From contig PXBF01000068.1 in assembly GCA_003567005.1 (NCBI GenBank), forward strand, positions 12,392 through 76,391: a stretch of DNA of 64,000 bases, read 5' to 3'. The stretch comes from PVC group bacterium (GTDB taxonomy: Bacteria > Verrucomicrobiota > Kiritimatiellia > UBA8416). A model generated the notes under the pieces. That model was given only the letters and a program-made list of their open reading frames with translations. It was not told where the DNA came from and made no database searches. Below are positions 9,631 to 20,106 of this stretch, one piece after another (position 1 is the stretch's first letter; each line of letters begins with the position of its first letter). The position numbers and the translations under genes were made by a program.

Positions 9631-11613
9631 CTACGTATACTGGAATATGATCATACGTTCTACAAGTGCGGGATCCGCACCGAACAGAATTTGCAATACA
9701 GGTACAAGCGTCCAGAATGCATTCGCAAAAATTTCACCAAAAATAATTCCCAGAAAAAATGGAATGCCAGCCCGATAGGCTCGATTCCCTCCATAACGCA
9801 AGATGAGCGACTTGATCAACCAACCGAAAAAGAGACTAACCACCAATCGTAAACCGATAGATGAATAAACAAAAAGTAAGCCAACAGGGTGTAGCGGCCA
9901 AGACGGAAACCGTGCACATAACATCAGCAATACGGTTGCAAAGATCGCACCACCTACCATAATTCGGAATGTTTCGGCATTGAAACTTCTTTCACGTCCA
10001 CTCAGAAGCTGGCGAATCGGCTCTATGCCCATCATCTCGGCACCACGACCGGCAACAGGCACGTTGACTCCATCGAGTGATGAATAATGATGATACCCCA
10101 TATGAAGATGGACGGCACCACACACAAGAAATCCAAGCACCAACACGCCAAGCCCGAGCCATGCCAGCCGAACCTTATGCCTCGTTGGACTATTCACATG
10201 CAATCCCAAAGCCAGCATCGCCATAACGGCGGCACTCACGGCAGAAGCCCGATTGGCAATAACATAATGCGCTCTTTGCATAAATACAATTGCCGGGTCA
10301 AACCAACGGCTGGGAAACAACCCAAAGATGCGATAGGCAGTCAGCGGAATAATCCAAATATAGGTAATCCCTGTTTCAGCAACGACACGAGCAACCATGA
10401 TCATAATGACGATCGCAAGAAAAAGCAATGCGGCAGCAGCAACCCAACCCATGCCAGCCCAGATAAACCAGATAAACATACCCAGCGCACCCAAAACAAA
10501 AAGGCGCACGGCAAGCTTGCCATCCCTATCAACCGAATCATCCCGCTTCAGACCGAAAGCCGATAAGAACAACTGACCATACGTGTGGCGACCTAACCAA
10601 ATCACCCAAACCGACATGGCAATAAAGGCACCACTGGTCTGATCATATATTGTTGCCGGTCTAAACAACGGAAGATAGCTCCTTGCAAACATCAGAAATA
10701 TCCCATAGCCGAAAATGGCAAACCAAATCGAAAAGCTATAGCGGTTGGGCATAAAATAAGCTAAACCGATAAAAAGGAAATAGAGACGCGATCCCCTGAG
10801 AAATCCGGGCGCATGCATCCAGATGCCATCGGTAAACAAATAGGATATATCCCACTGCAAAGGAAAGGCCGGAAAAGCACCTTGCGTGAAAATCGCGAGC
10901 CCATTCGTTGAATGTAAAAAGAACACAGCACCACACCCGATCCAAAAAGAGCGCGAGGTAAAGAGCTGACTCCAGCGCCCCCCATCCTCCGGCCGTTCCG
11001 CAATCGCCCGATAAATGCGTAATAAGGGAAACGCCAGCCGTTCATGATGCAACCACTGCGGCAAAACCATGAAACCAAGGCCAATCATTAAAACCCAAAA
11101 TGCTACGATGAGCACGCCCCAGGAAAACATCGGTCGTACCCAAGCAGTCCAAGGTATGACATCTCCTGGGAACAACTCCCCTAAAAAACCATCGATAACG
11201 GGCGTATCCTGCTCTGGACCAATTGCATCGGGAAATAACGCAGCGGGAAGTCGAGAGTCGGCAACTGCCTCGGCAATCGTCGCATGCTCATTTATATGCC
11301 GGTTGGCCATAGCCAGGCTGTGTGGGAAAAAGCGCATGAGCCCATTGCTTGGGACCACAGCAGCAAACAAGAGTATGCTGATGATCAGGATGAGTTGCGA
11401 CTGGTTCAGGGTAAGGCTATCGGAAACGCGCTGTAGCAAAGGATTGACCAGAAGCACCAACACAACAATCAGAAACATCACGATTTCAGGTAAATACCCA
11501 TCACTAACGAAACTGTTGTTCAGCAAGAAATTGTTATAAGGCACGAGTAGCCAAATCAGAACAGACAGGAATAAGCCTATCGAAAGTGCGACTATAGCTC
11601 GTATCGTCGTCAT
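9631..11613 (-). CDS. Polytopic membrane protein, DUF6785/DUF6784-like (putative transporter)
   Basis: 660 aa, many TM segments; IPWTAWVRP, QWLHHERLAFPL, ARVVAETG, WPLHPVG, LRYGG..Y..GIPFFLGIIFGE. Confidence 0.75.
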   Translation of the reverse strand: MTTIRAIVALSIGLFLSVLIWLLVPYNNFLLNNSFVSDGYLPEIVMFLIVVLVLLVNPLLQRVSDSLTLNQSQLILIISILLFAAVVPSNGLMRFFPHSLAMANRHINEHATIAEAVADSRLPAALFPDAIGPEQDTPVIDGFLGELFPGDVIPWTAWVRPMFSWGVLIVAFWVLMIGLGFMVLPQWLHHERLAFPLLRIYRAIAERPEDGGRWSQLFTSRSFWIGCGAVFFLHSTNGLAIFTQGAFPAFPLQWDISYLFTDGIWMHAPGFLRGSRLYFLFIGLAYFMPNRYSFSIWFAIFGYGIFLMFARSYLPLFRPATIYDQTSGAFIAMSVWVIWLGRHTYGQLFLSAFGLKRDDSVDRDGKLAVRLFVLGALGMFIWFIWAGMGWVAAAALLFLAIVIMIMVARVVAETGITYIWIIPLTAYRIFGLFPSRWFDPAIVFMQRAHYVIANRASAVSAAVMAMLALGLHVNSPTRHKVRLAWLGLGVLVLGFLVCGAVHLHMGYHHYSSLDGVNVPVAGRGAEMMGIEPIRQLLSGRERSFNAETFRIMVGGAIFATVLLMLCARFPSWPLHPVGLLFVYSSIGLRLVVSLFFGWLIKSLILRYGGNRAYRAGIPFFLGIIFGEIFANAFWTLVPVLQILFGADPALVERMIIFQYT

Positions 11614-11655
11614 GCCTCTCCTTATCCTTATGCGCAGCCCACGTCGTGAGCCAGT

Positions 11656-14289
11656 TTATTCCATCACATCTGCCAATGGGATCATTTCGCGTTCTATCTC
11701 TGATTCACGAATGGATGCAATGATCGCAGCGGCATCTTCTTCCCCGAATTTCTCCCTGATCATAGGTATGATTTCCTCCGCTTCGCGACCAAATGAGCGT
11801 ATAAGCCGTGTCCGATTGCGAATGCGTGGCCCCGGTCGCCCAGTCGGTTCGTGTATCGTTTCCAAGGCCAGCGTGAGCACCTCTTCTATCTGCAAACGAT
11901 TCATCAGATCCAAACCTCCCTGCCGGGGGCCATCTCCGTGATATAGCGTATAGGTCAGGTCCTCATCCCGGATTACATGGATAACGGTATCGGCTACACG
12001 ATGAAAATCTTCCAACGGCATGTTTTGCAGGAGCCGCATCCCCGCATTCCGAGCCCACATATGCGGATGATCGAGCAACCGAAGAATGCCTGCATAAAAC
12101 AGATCCCCATCCAGATCGTGCGCGAACGGATCCGGTTGCAGCATGGTCACCAGCGTCTGCCCAATTGCCCGATCAAGATCCTGGAACGCGTCATAAGGCT
12201 TTTCACGTAAAAGCAGGTGCATCAGTTCTTCCAGATAGATCTTTTTCGTATCCACCTGTGCAAGCTCCCTGATCGCGAGTTGACGAACCCATAAATCCTC
12301 CGACTCGTCCCGTATGATCGCCATCAACGTTTCCAGCGTACCCTCGACCCTGCCATTTTGCAGGGCATGCAATGCGCCGATGCGCTGTTCCCGACTCCCT
12401 TCAAGAAGGATGGTAAGCAGAGATTCCCCCACCTCCGCCTCTTGCTCCACCAACGCGCCGGCCGCCTCCAACCGAACGGGAGGCAACGTATGACCAAGAA
12501 GCTCAATCAATGCAGCAGTAGCCATCTCGGTATCCGGAACCGGGCGTTCCACCGCAGCAAGGGCTGCATCCCCCCTGAGCCAGAGGCCTTCGTCCATTCC
12601 CTTGCCTGTGATATGCAAAACGCGACGCCCAGACGCCATGTTCAGCAAGTTAGGTCCTGTTGAATGCAAATCTCTGTACTGGAAAATATCGCCGCGCTGT
12701 TCCATATGCAAGAACCGGCCATCCCATGTGCGGCTGAACGTTCGTAGCCAGCCTATTTGCCGTTCATAGGCGGCCCACACATCAGGCCCTAAAACATTCG
12801 CGCCAAGTCCAGACCAGAAATAGTTGAAAAAAGGCCCTGTATGCCCCGTGAATATTTCAGGATGCGAGGCCGCCGATAACTGCCCATAGAACCGTGCTGC
12901 ATCGGCATCCCCTAACAACGCAAAACCAACCGCAACGCTGCCACTGGTTCCGTTGCTGGTGAGAATGTGTTCCATGGGGGCATGATTGCCATAGGGTAAT
13001 GCTCCACGACCCGCCCAGTTCCCATATAATGCGCGCGTCTTATCGATAGCTGTACGAATCACGGGATCATCTACCCCGCACTTCTCCGCCAGAATCAAGC
13101 CAATCCACAATACGGCTGAGGTCTGATTGATCGCACCGTAGCCATAAAGCCGTGCATTATAGTGACCGCGATTGGCTTCCGGATTTGCCATGCGATGATT
13201 CCAAAGACCGGCAACATCCTGCCCATGCGCAATCGTGCGCGCATAGGTGCGTATCGCCGGCAGTACATATTCATCACCCGTCAACAGGTAATATTCGCAC
13301 AACGTAATCAAGCGATAAGACCAAGCCCAACTGACCATCGGCGTGGCCAAGGAAAGTTCAAGGTCCGGACGTGCAAAATCTGCTTCGCGTAAACGCGCAC
13401 CGACATATTCAATGTACGTTTCGTTGCCCGTCGCAAGCAGCCCCAGTAACTCGATGTTCATGCGATCATCCTTACCGGTTTCCACAATGATGTCAGCCGC
13501 CCGGGTTATCAGGGCATCGACTTTCGGACAATCTGCAGGGCTCGTTATACTACGGGATCCGAGAGCCGGAAGCCGCAACGTCTTCTCAAAGGATTCCGGT
13601 GCCTCATCCTCTAACGCAGGACGTAAGACACGGAGATTCAATTGCCCGTTTTGCGCCTCGCTCTCTGCCAACTCGATTTGATCGGCAAACAACTGATACA
13701 AATCGCCCCTCACCGGCTTGCCGCCAATCGCCACAATACGATCCCCTACCGCAAGAATCCCATCCGCGGGAGAACCATCCTTGATGCGGGTGATCTCGAC
13801 ATGATCTGCGTACATGGACGCAAAAATTCCTATGGGACCGAAATGCTGGATGGTGCCCGGCGGCGCTGGCAAATGCATGTGCACACTGAAAACCGACTCA
13901 TCCCCGCCCGCTTCTCCCGGCCGCGCAAACGTTAAACGGAGGCGTCCGTCGTTTTCCCGCCACAACCGCAGCATGTGCCTGCGCATCATCGATGAGAGGT
14001 CATTCGCCAATCCACTCCCCTGCACCCGTATCAGTCGATCTCCGGGAAGCGCGCGCCCGTCAAGAGGGCTTTTTGGCTTTACACCTGTTACCAGAACATA
14101 GCCATCTTCGACGGTCCCGATTAAGCCCGTTATGGATAACCGATATTCTTGCCCAGCATCATACGGCCCGCCTTCTGACAAGTCAGGCAAATCACTTGCT
14201 ACTGCGCGAACCATGGAAAGCAAAAAACACAACATACATAAAACAATGTTACGTCGGATATCGGCAAGTACTGTCATAATCATATGCAC
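11656..14289 (-). CDS. Exported DUF6288-like protein: two PDZ-like modules, helical core, HEAT-like repeats
   Basis: Signal peptide; two SP(L/A)DG...GDR(L/I) PDZ-like motifs; LCEYYLLTGD, GYGAIN, LPYGNH, GHTGPFF, RTWDG; HEAT-like C-terminus. Confidence 0.75.
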   Translation of the reverse strand: MHMIMTVLADIRRNIVLCMLCFLLSMVRAVASDLPDLSEGGPYDAGQEYRLSITGLIGTVEDGYVLVTGVKPKSPLDGRALPGDRLIRVQGSGLANDLSSMMRRHMLRLWRENDGRLRLTFARPGEAGGDESVFSVHMHLPAPPGTIQHFGPIGIFASMYADHVEITRIKDGSPADGILAVGDRIVAIGGKPVRGDLYQLFADQIELAESEAQNGQLNLRVLRPALEDEAPESFEKTLRLPALGSRSITSPADCPKVDALITRAADIIVETGKDDRMNIELLGLLATGNETYIEYVGARLREADFARPDLELSLATPMVSWAWSYRLITLCEYYLLTGDEYVLPAIRTYARTIAHGQDVAGLWNHRMANPEANRGHYNARLYGYGAINQTSAVLWIGLILAEKCGVDDPVIRTAIDKTRALYGNWAGRGALPYGNHAPMEHILTSNGTSGSVAVGFALLGDADAARFYGQLSAASHPEIFTGHTGPFFNYFWSGLGANVLGPDVWAAYERQIGWLRTFSRTWDGRFLHMEQRGDIFQYRDLHSTGPNLLNMASGRRVLHITGKGMDEGLWLRGDAALAAVERPVPDTEMATAALIELLGHTLPPVRLEAAGALVEQEAEVGESLLTILLEGSREQRIGALHALQNGRVEGTLETLMAIIRDESEDLWVRQLAIRELAQVDTKKIYLEELMHLLLREKPYDAFQDLDRAIGQTLVTMLQPDPFAHDLDGDLFYAGILRLLDHPHMWARNAGMRLLQNMPLEDFHRVADTVIHVIRDEDLTYTLYHGDGPRQGGLDLMNRLQIEEVLTLALETIHEPTGRPGPRIRNRTRLIRSFGREAEEIIPMIREKFGEEDAAAIIASIRESEIEREMIPLADVME

Positions 14290-14417
14290 TTTCTCTCATG
14301 GTACAGCATTCTACAGGATGCACGAAATTGGCATTTGCAACGGACGTACAAGTACCATTTGAGAGACACTACCAGATGAAATGCGTAATAACAAGAATTG
14401 CGATACAATATACGCTA

Positions 14418-16052
14418 TCAGGACGAACGAGATAGCGGCAAAACTTCTGCCAGGACGGCCTGCAGTTCATCTGTTAGATAGGGTTTTCGCAGAAAACCAT
14501 TCGGAATGGGATAATCAGGTGAAGGCGGATCAGCGGTTTTTTCATAGGCACTCATGAAGATTACAGGTATGGATGGATATTCCTGACGCAAAGAAAATAA
14601 CAGATCCCACCCGCTCAGTACCGGCATGCGAACATCACATAAAACAGCCGCGATTTCGCTTTCTTTCGTCTCTGCCAGATATCGCAGTGCTTCTTTTGCA
14701 CTGGTCATCAGAATAGGTTCATAGCCTAAACTTCGCACCTGTAGGCCAATCATTTGCACTAAGGGCGCTTCATCATCCACGACTAAAATATGTTTCTTCG
14801 ACTGCCCTTCGATAGCCTGCTGCGCACCCAGCTGCGAGTCTATCTCTGCTGCACAAGCAGGACCTGCTATTGGAAAGCATACCGAAAAAGACGTTTCCAC
14901 ATCTTCCGTGCTTGAAACGCACATGCAACCACCATGCGCTCGCAATTGTTCCACTGCTATCGATAACCCAATACCGCGTCCCAAAAATTTGGTACTGAAG
15001 AAAGGATCAAATACCTGGCGCATCATGGTCGGAGAAATACCTGCTCCATCATCACGAACCGCTACACAAAGATGACCTTTTTCGCGGTGTTCCCAATCCT
15101 CGGGGATGCAGATAAAATCCTTCTCACAATTTGAACGTTCTTTGCCACAAAGAAGCAACTCCACGTGTTCTGCGCCGGGAGATTCAAAGGCATTCTGGAC
15201 AAGTGCTCTGATAATTTCACGCAACCCGTTCGCGTCTCCCAAAACGATCCCTTCAGAAATGTCCTCTTTCAGGCTAAAGGAAATATGAGCAGGCGCCGTT
15301 TTCTGAAACTCTGCATGAAGTTCCTTGCACAACAGACTTAGGTTCACATGCTGTTGTGGATTCTGTATTTGGCCTGCACACGCCAACATACGCGAACTGA
15401 TCCTGGCCGCATCCAAAAGGCAATCTTGAATGGGCTTCAAGGCACGGATCACGTCATATTGCTTTAAACGTTGCTGTTGTAATTCTGCCATTTCCAGAAA
15501 CCCTAATGCCGCATGAAGCTTATTGTTAAATAGGTGCGCAACAGATCCCATCACCCGATGCAAACTATCCTCTTTCTGCAAGGCATCAATTCTTTGTTGC
15601 AAATCTTGATAGGCACGATCGTCTGTGTGCGATTGCATCATGGCGGTTACATCAACAATTAACCCCTGCACATATGCTGTCCGTCTATCGTCGGCGTCGC
15701 GAAAGATCGTGCCACGCTCAGACACCCATTTGATGTCCTGGTCCTCTGACAGAACCCGATATTCGCATTGATAAGGCTCTTCACGAGAAACCGCTTCATC
15801 CATGATACCGGATACCGCATCACGATCTTCCGGATGCACATAGTTCATAAAGGATGCCAAAGGTTGTCCCGCGAAATGCATAGCAGGCTGACCGGTTAGC
15901 GACTCCACCCCATCTGTGATAAAAACCACATTTCGATTAGCGTCACACGCTGCGCAGTATAGTGTTTCAGGAAAGTTTTGTAGTAAACCCCCGACAGGTA
16001 TGGAACGTTCCGTACCATCTGCCCTCTGATTCAGGTTGGCAGCAACCGCCAT
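14418..16052 (-). CDS. Cytoplasmic PAS hybrid histidine kinase / receiver
   Basis: PAS (VHPEDR..WVSERG), H-box VAHLFNN, NAFES, DDGAGI, FFSTKFLGRGIGL, receiver VVDDE..CDVRMP..RKPY. Confidence 0.92.
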   Translation of the reverse strand: MAVAANLNQRADGTERSIPVGGLLQNFPETLYCAACDANRNVVFITDGVESLTGQPAMHFAGQPLASFMNYVHPEDRDAVSGIMDEAVSREEPYQCEYRVLSEDQDIKWVSERGTIFRDADDRRTAYVQGLIVDVTAMMQSHTDDRAYQDLQQRIDALQKEDSLHRVMGSVAHLFNNKLHAALGFLEMAELQQQRLKQYDVIRALKPIQDCLLDAARISSRMLACAGQIQNPQQHVNLSLLCKELHAEFQKTAPAHISFSLKEDISEGIVLGDANGLREIIRALVQNAFESPGAEHVELLLCGKERSNCEKDFICIPEDWEHREKGHLCVAVRDDGAGISPTMMRQVFDPFFSTKFLGRGIGLSIAVEQLRAHGGCMCVSSTEDVETSFSVCFPIAGPACAAEIDSQLGAQQAIEGQSKKHILVVDDEAPLVQMIGLQVRSLGYEPILMTSAKEALRYLAETKESEIAAVLCDVRMPVLSGWDLLFSLRQEYPSIPVIFMSAYEKTADPPSPDYPIPNGFLRKPYLTDELQAVLAEVLPLSRSS

Positions 16053-16285
16053 TACTTTACCCCTTTCCTAGTAGGTGTGCTCTCTACATAGATAGGCCGT
16101 GCCTCGCTTGACATGTTAATATCATAACCAATAGCCATTATAGCGCAAGCACGAAACACAACTTATCAAACTGTAAAACAGCATGTTTGTCCAATATTAC
16201 GCCACCAGAACGATGCTTGACTTCCGGTCAACTTCTCTGGTGATATTTATCAGTAGCACCGATAGTACAGATAATAAGGCACTTT

Positions 16286-17023
16286 ATGTCAGACAAACCA
16301 AATCCATTCAAAGTCAAGGAAGCGGAACGAACAACCGCTTGGAGCGCATATCGACAATTATATTTTGGTGACGTTTCTCTGCCAAACGCGATACGTACTG
16401 AAATGATCACCTTCCTTTTCAGTACTACGCCCGGAGCGATCGGCTTAGGCTTTCGCAAATTGCTCTATCCCTGTCTATTCGCCCAAACCGGTTCCAGATG
16501 CATATTTGGTCGCAACCTTACGCTTCGGCATACACATAAAATTCGTCTTGGAACAAATGTGATTCTGGATGATGGCGTTGTGCTTGATGCCAAAGGCCAC
16601 ACAAATCAAGGGATAACTATCGGTAACAATGTATATGTGGGACGCAATACAATCATCTATACCAAAAACGGGAATATTCGCATCGGTGACAATGTGAATA
16701 TATCCTCTAACTGCCAGATTTTTTCTTCGGGTGATGTCGTTATCGGCGAAGGCACGATGATCGCTGGTTTTTGTTATATCCTGAATGGTGGCGTTTACAA
16801 CATGGATCAACAAGCATCACCATTTGCCCGACAAGACGGAACGTCATCTGAAGGCCCTACCGTAATTGGACCAAACTGCTGGCTCGCAGCGCATACAACC
16901 ATCACGGATGGCATAGAACTTGGCAGACACTGTGTCGTGGGGGCAGGCTCTGTCGTGTTAGCCGACATGCCACAGGATAGTTTGTGTGCAGGAACCCCAG
17001 CAAAAAAAATACGCGATCTTTAG
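16286..17023 (+). CDS. Hexapeptide-repeat acyltransferase
   Basis: Repeated IGxNVxI units; VVGAGSVV..D.P....AGTPAK ending. Confidence 0.9.
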   Translation: MSDKPNPFKVKEAERTTAWSAYRQLYFGDVSLPNAIRTEMITFLFSTTPGAIGLGFRKLLYPCLFAQTGSRCIFGRNLTLRHTHKIRLGTNVILDDGVVLDAKGHTNQGITIGNNVYVGRNTIIYTKNGNIRIGDNVNISSNCQIFSSGDVVIGEGTMIAGFCYILNGGVYNMDQQASPFARQDGTSSEGPTVIGPNCWLAAHTTITDGIELGRHCVVGAGSVVLADMPQDSLCAGTPAKKIRDL

Positions 17024-17024
17024 T

Positions 17025-19769
17025 TCACTCTACTGTAAACGATCCCAACCGTACATACCGGCTCCGTATATTCGCTTCTAATACATCTGGCGCGCGAAAA
17101 CGAAACCGTCTTAGATTCCTGGCATGATAAACACCGCCATCGATTACATAATGGCCGGATGGCAGTGGCTCGGCAGGATGCCAATTCGTATACGAATCCG
17201 TTAGTGTCGCTGCACGTAAAGGAATATCCCAACCGCCCACTACTTCACCTTGCTCGTCTTTGACGTGTAAAAAGAGAATGGCATTATCCATGCGCTGATG
17301 GGATATGCCGTCGTCCACATCAAACCGCACTGCGTAAAAGGGCCTTCCCTCTTCCGTTCTGACGGCTAGACCATGTAGTATGCCGAGTCGTGGATACACA
17401 ATTTCTAAAGACGTATCCTGTGGCCACGCCTCCCATGACTCTTCTCGTACAAACCCCGCCATTCCTGCTGGGTCTGGCTTCAACTCCCATCCTAAAACCT
17501 GCAAACCGGGATGGTCAGCCCGTACCTCCAGCATACCATCGAACGGATGAAAGGCCTTGGAAAATTGCCATATCAATTGCGTATCGCCTGGGCCCACGTC
17601 AATACTGGACTCCAGTCCATCTTCAACAGTAGGACCACGCACCAAACGTACATGCATGCGGTTCGTAACGGCTACCGGTCCCAGATCGAGTTGCAATGCA
17701 AACGCACCTGCAGGCAGAACAAGGGGATCTGCGCCAGGCAAGGCGGCAAACGCCTCTTTAACGGTCATGCGTTTCTGATCGCGATAATACAACAATGGTT
17801 CCAAAGCTTCCGTCACGCCCGCATCAACGGCAGTTGATAAGGCCTCAGCAAAATCCTGCATATGATCTCGGTAAGCGCGATCCGCACCAAAATACGCAAA
17901 ACGTTCAACGGCAAAATCGTGATCCAATACCGTTACCCAAACAGGCCCAAGATCGCTCTCCACCTGTATGTCCACCCCGACAGCACGTAATGCCTTCTCG
18001 TCGCTTACATGACGGTAAGCGACCCGAAGGGAGTCCAGCGTGATGATCTTCTGTGCATGCTGTGGCAAAAGCACATTGGAGACAACACGACCACGATGAC
18101 GAATCGAGAATCGCGCCGGTCGGTACCCGGTTTGAATGCCCAAACGAATGTGAGTCGGTCGTGCATCAAACACAAGTGTCTTTCGCACAGAAGATCGGAC
18201 CGGAACCTCGAACATACGTGTGCTGCGGGGGAAATCAGCACCATGCATAAAAATCCAACGCTGTCCACCCGGATACGGTACCGGCGGGTACGGCAAACTC
18301 TCATGGTCCTCCCACCAAGGCGTTGGTGCCAGCATAGCAGAGGGACGATTGCGAAATACCGGTTTTGTAGCTCTCTCTGTAAAGAATCGATTACTTAGCC
18401 CCTCTAAAGCAAGATTCTCCGTGCCAAGAGAACGGTCGTCGACAACGGTTTCAGCAAAACGTGCCCCAAAACCAGCATTTTCCGGACGACGCCAAAAATA
18501 ATCCTCTCTTAGACTCCCCCACCCTAACTCAGCAAGGAGCAATACAAAAACCACACCAGATATTCTTTTCCCCCATTGGCTTCTGGATGCAAGCAGTAGC
18601 GAAATGCCGAGCATGCTCGTCAGTGCCAAGGTCGGCAGCAAAAAGGAAAAATGGAAGGGTTGCACCATTGGCTTGAGTGCAGTAGCCATGAACAGAGCCC
18701 CGATCGAAAAGCTGATAATGGCCAAGCCAAAGAAGCTTCTCCTGCAGACCATACCATCCAGCGTTTCGCGCTTACGGAGATCCTTGTACAGGCGAACAAG
18801 TTGCCAAACACATACACATATAGCTATGCTAAACAGCATAATCCCAATATGCCCAATCATAGGCAGCAAATTTGCACGGAGTCCATGTATCATTTTTTCG
18901 TGTACGGGCAGATCCATGAATGCTTGGGGTACATTGTAATTCCTAATAAATACAAAATTCTGCCGCATATATCGCCATGTTCTCGTCGCATCGATAAGAA
19001 AAGCAGGATTCAATAGCACGACACCGAATACAAACCCGAACAATCCCAAACCAAATCCCTTCCAAGGGCGCTTTAGGGAGACGCGTCCTGCGTGCCAAAC
19101 CGATGCTACAAGCAGCAGTAGTATAATCCATACGCTAAGAAGCCCTTGAAATTTACAGACAAACCCCATGCCGCAGGCTGCTCCCATGAGAATAAACCAC
19201 CGCATTCGACCACTGCAGACGAATCGAGTGCCAGCGACAAGTAACAACGCAAGAAAAAGATCTACCCCTATATCTCCTGTCACACTGTGCGTGACGGTCG
19301 AGCCCAAAGGCGCCAGCGCATAAATCGCTGCAGCACCAACACCATACCAGCGCCCCCATAATTGGGTTGCACTGGCATACAGGAACGCCATAACAATCAT
19401 TCCATATAAAACCCGCAATACGCGCCCCTTGTAATACAACATGACACGCCCCCTGCCGACGCGCGATGTGCTGCTAGGCACAAATAGATATTCCTCTACA
19501 GGTGCTGCGACCTTTCGCCAACCGCGGATAAAGAGTTCATCTACGCGATTTAAGCCATAGGGGTATCCATCATAGTACAAACTATCATAATATTGCACAT
19601 AATTGCCGGATAGGTAATTGTATAACGCCATGACTTGCTTCGAAGAATCGGGATGAAAGACCACGCCATCTTCCAGGCCGCGGAACAGCCCGCTGGCGCG
19701 AAAATAGGCTCCCAAAGCAAAAACAACAATCAACGTCACATAGAAAATGCTTTTACGCTGCAACACCAT
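17025..19769 (-). CDS. GT-C-like (PMT/ArnT-type) membrane glycosyltransferase with large soluble C-terminal region
   Basis: TM1 followed by FHPDS loop, many TMs, GMGFVCKF motif, about 480-aa soluble tail. Confidence 0.7.
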   Translation of the reverse strand: MVLQRKSIFYVTLIVVFALGAYFRASGLFRGLEDGVVFHPDSSKQVMALYNYLSGNYVQYYDSLYYDGYPYGLNRVDELFIRGWRKVAAPVEEYLFVPSSTSRVGRGRVMLYYKGRVLRVLYGMIVMAFLYASATQLWGRWYGVGAAAIYALAPLGSTVTHSVTGDIGVDLFLALLLVAGTRFVCSGRMRWFILMGAACGMGFVCKFQGLLSVWIILLLLVASVWHAGRVSLKRPWKGFGLGLFGFVFGVVLLNPAFLIDATRTWRYMRQNFVFIRNYNVPQAFMDLPVHEKMIHGLRANLLPMIGHIGIMLFSIAICVCVWQLVRLYKDLRKRETLDGMVCRRSFFGLAIISFSIGALFMATALKPMVQPFHFSFLLPTLALTSMLGISLLLASRSQWGKRISGVVFVLLLAELGWGSLREDYFWRRPENAGFGARFAETVVDDRSLGTENLALEGLSNRFFTERATKPVFRNRPSAMLAPTPWWEDHESLPYPPVPYPGGQRWIFMHGADFPRSTRMFEVPVRSSVRKTLVFDARPTHIRLGIQTGYRPARFSIRHRGRVVSNVLLPQHAQKIITLDSLRVAYRHVSDEKALRAVGVDIQVESDLGPVWVTVLDHDFAVERFAYFGADRAYRDHMQDFAEALSTAVDAGVTEALEPLLYYRDQKRMTVKEAFAALPGADPLVLPAGAFALQLDLGPVAVTNRMHVRLVRGPTVEDGLESSIDVGPGDTQLIWQFSKAFHPFDGMLEVRADHPGLQVLGWELKPDPAGMAGFVREESWEAWPQDTSLEIVYPRLGILHGLAVRTEEGRPFYAVRFDVDDGISHQRMDNAILFLHVKDEQGEVVGGWDIPLRAATLTDSYTNWHPAEPLPSGHYVIDGGVYHARNLRRFRFRAPDVLEANIRSRYVRLGSFTVE

Positions 19770-19853
19770 GTATCATTCCCACATCAAATTCGCGTATTCA
19801 AGTCCCACAGGGACCAGATATAACCAAAGATGTTCGCGTTTGTCATCTTCTAA

Positions 19854-20027
19854 CCCGCATATCTCACAAACTTCGTAGCGAGAGTGTGAAGCGTGCGTCA
19901 TAGCGGGTTCGTGGCGCAGTGTGGCGGGCGACAGTGTGTAGAAACACATGGAGGTCGCCACGCAAGTCGCGGGCCCGATATGACGTGCGATTCGCGCTCG
20001 CAGTAGATGGCTTGTGAGATATGCGGG
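19854..20027. mobile_element. MITE-like rod-shaped element, copy 1 (174 bp)
   Basis: Perfect 16-bp TIRs CCCGCATATCTCACAA / TTGTGAGATATGCGGG; CTAA direct repeat at 19850-19853 and 20028-20031; second copy at 54889. Confidence 0.9.
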
Positions 20028-20106
20028 CTAATGGCGCCACCCCCTGCACACTGCTACGGTTGCCTATGGTTGCCAATTAGACCAGAAACGGGTATATCCC
20101 TTACCT

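Noticed and set aside
16217..16231. TTGAC-N5-GTCAA palindrome between kinase and acyltransferase
   Set aside because: Spacing does not fit FNR/CRP boxes (N4); may be back-to-back -35 elements; single instance.
19773..20076. Short ORFs over element copy 1 (and 54933-55216 over copy 2)
   Set aside because: Chance frames across palindromic repeats; not conserved between the copies.
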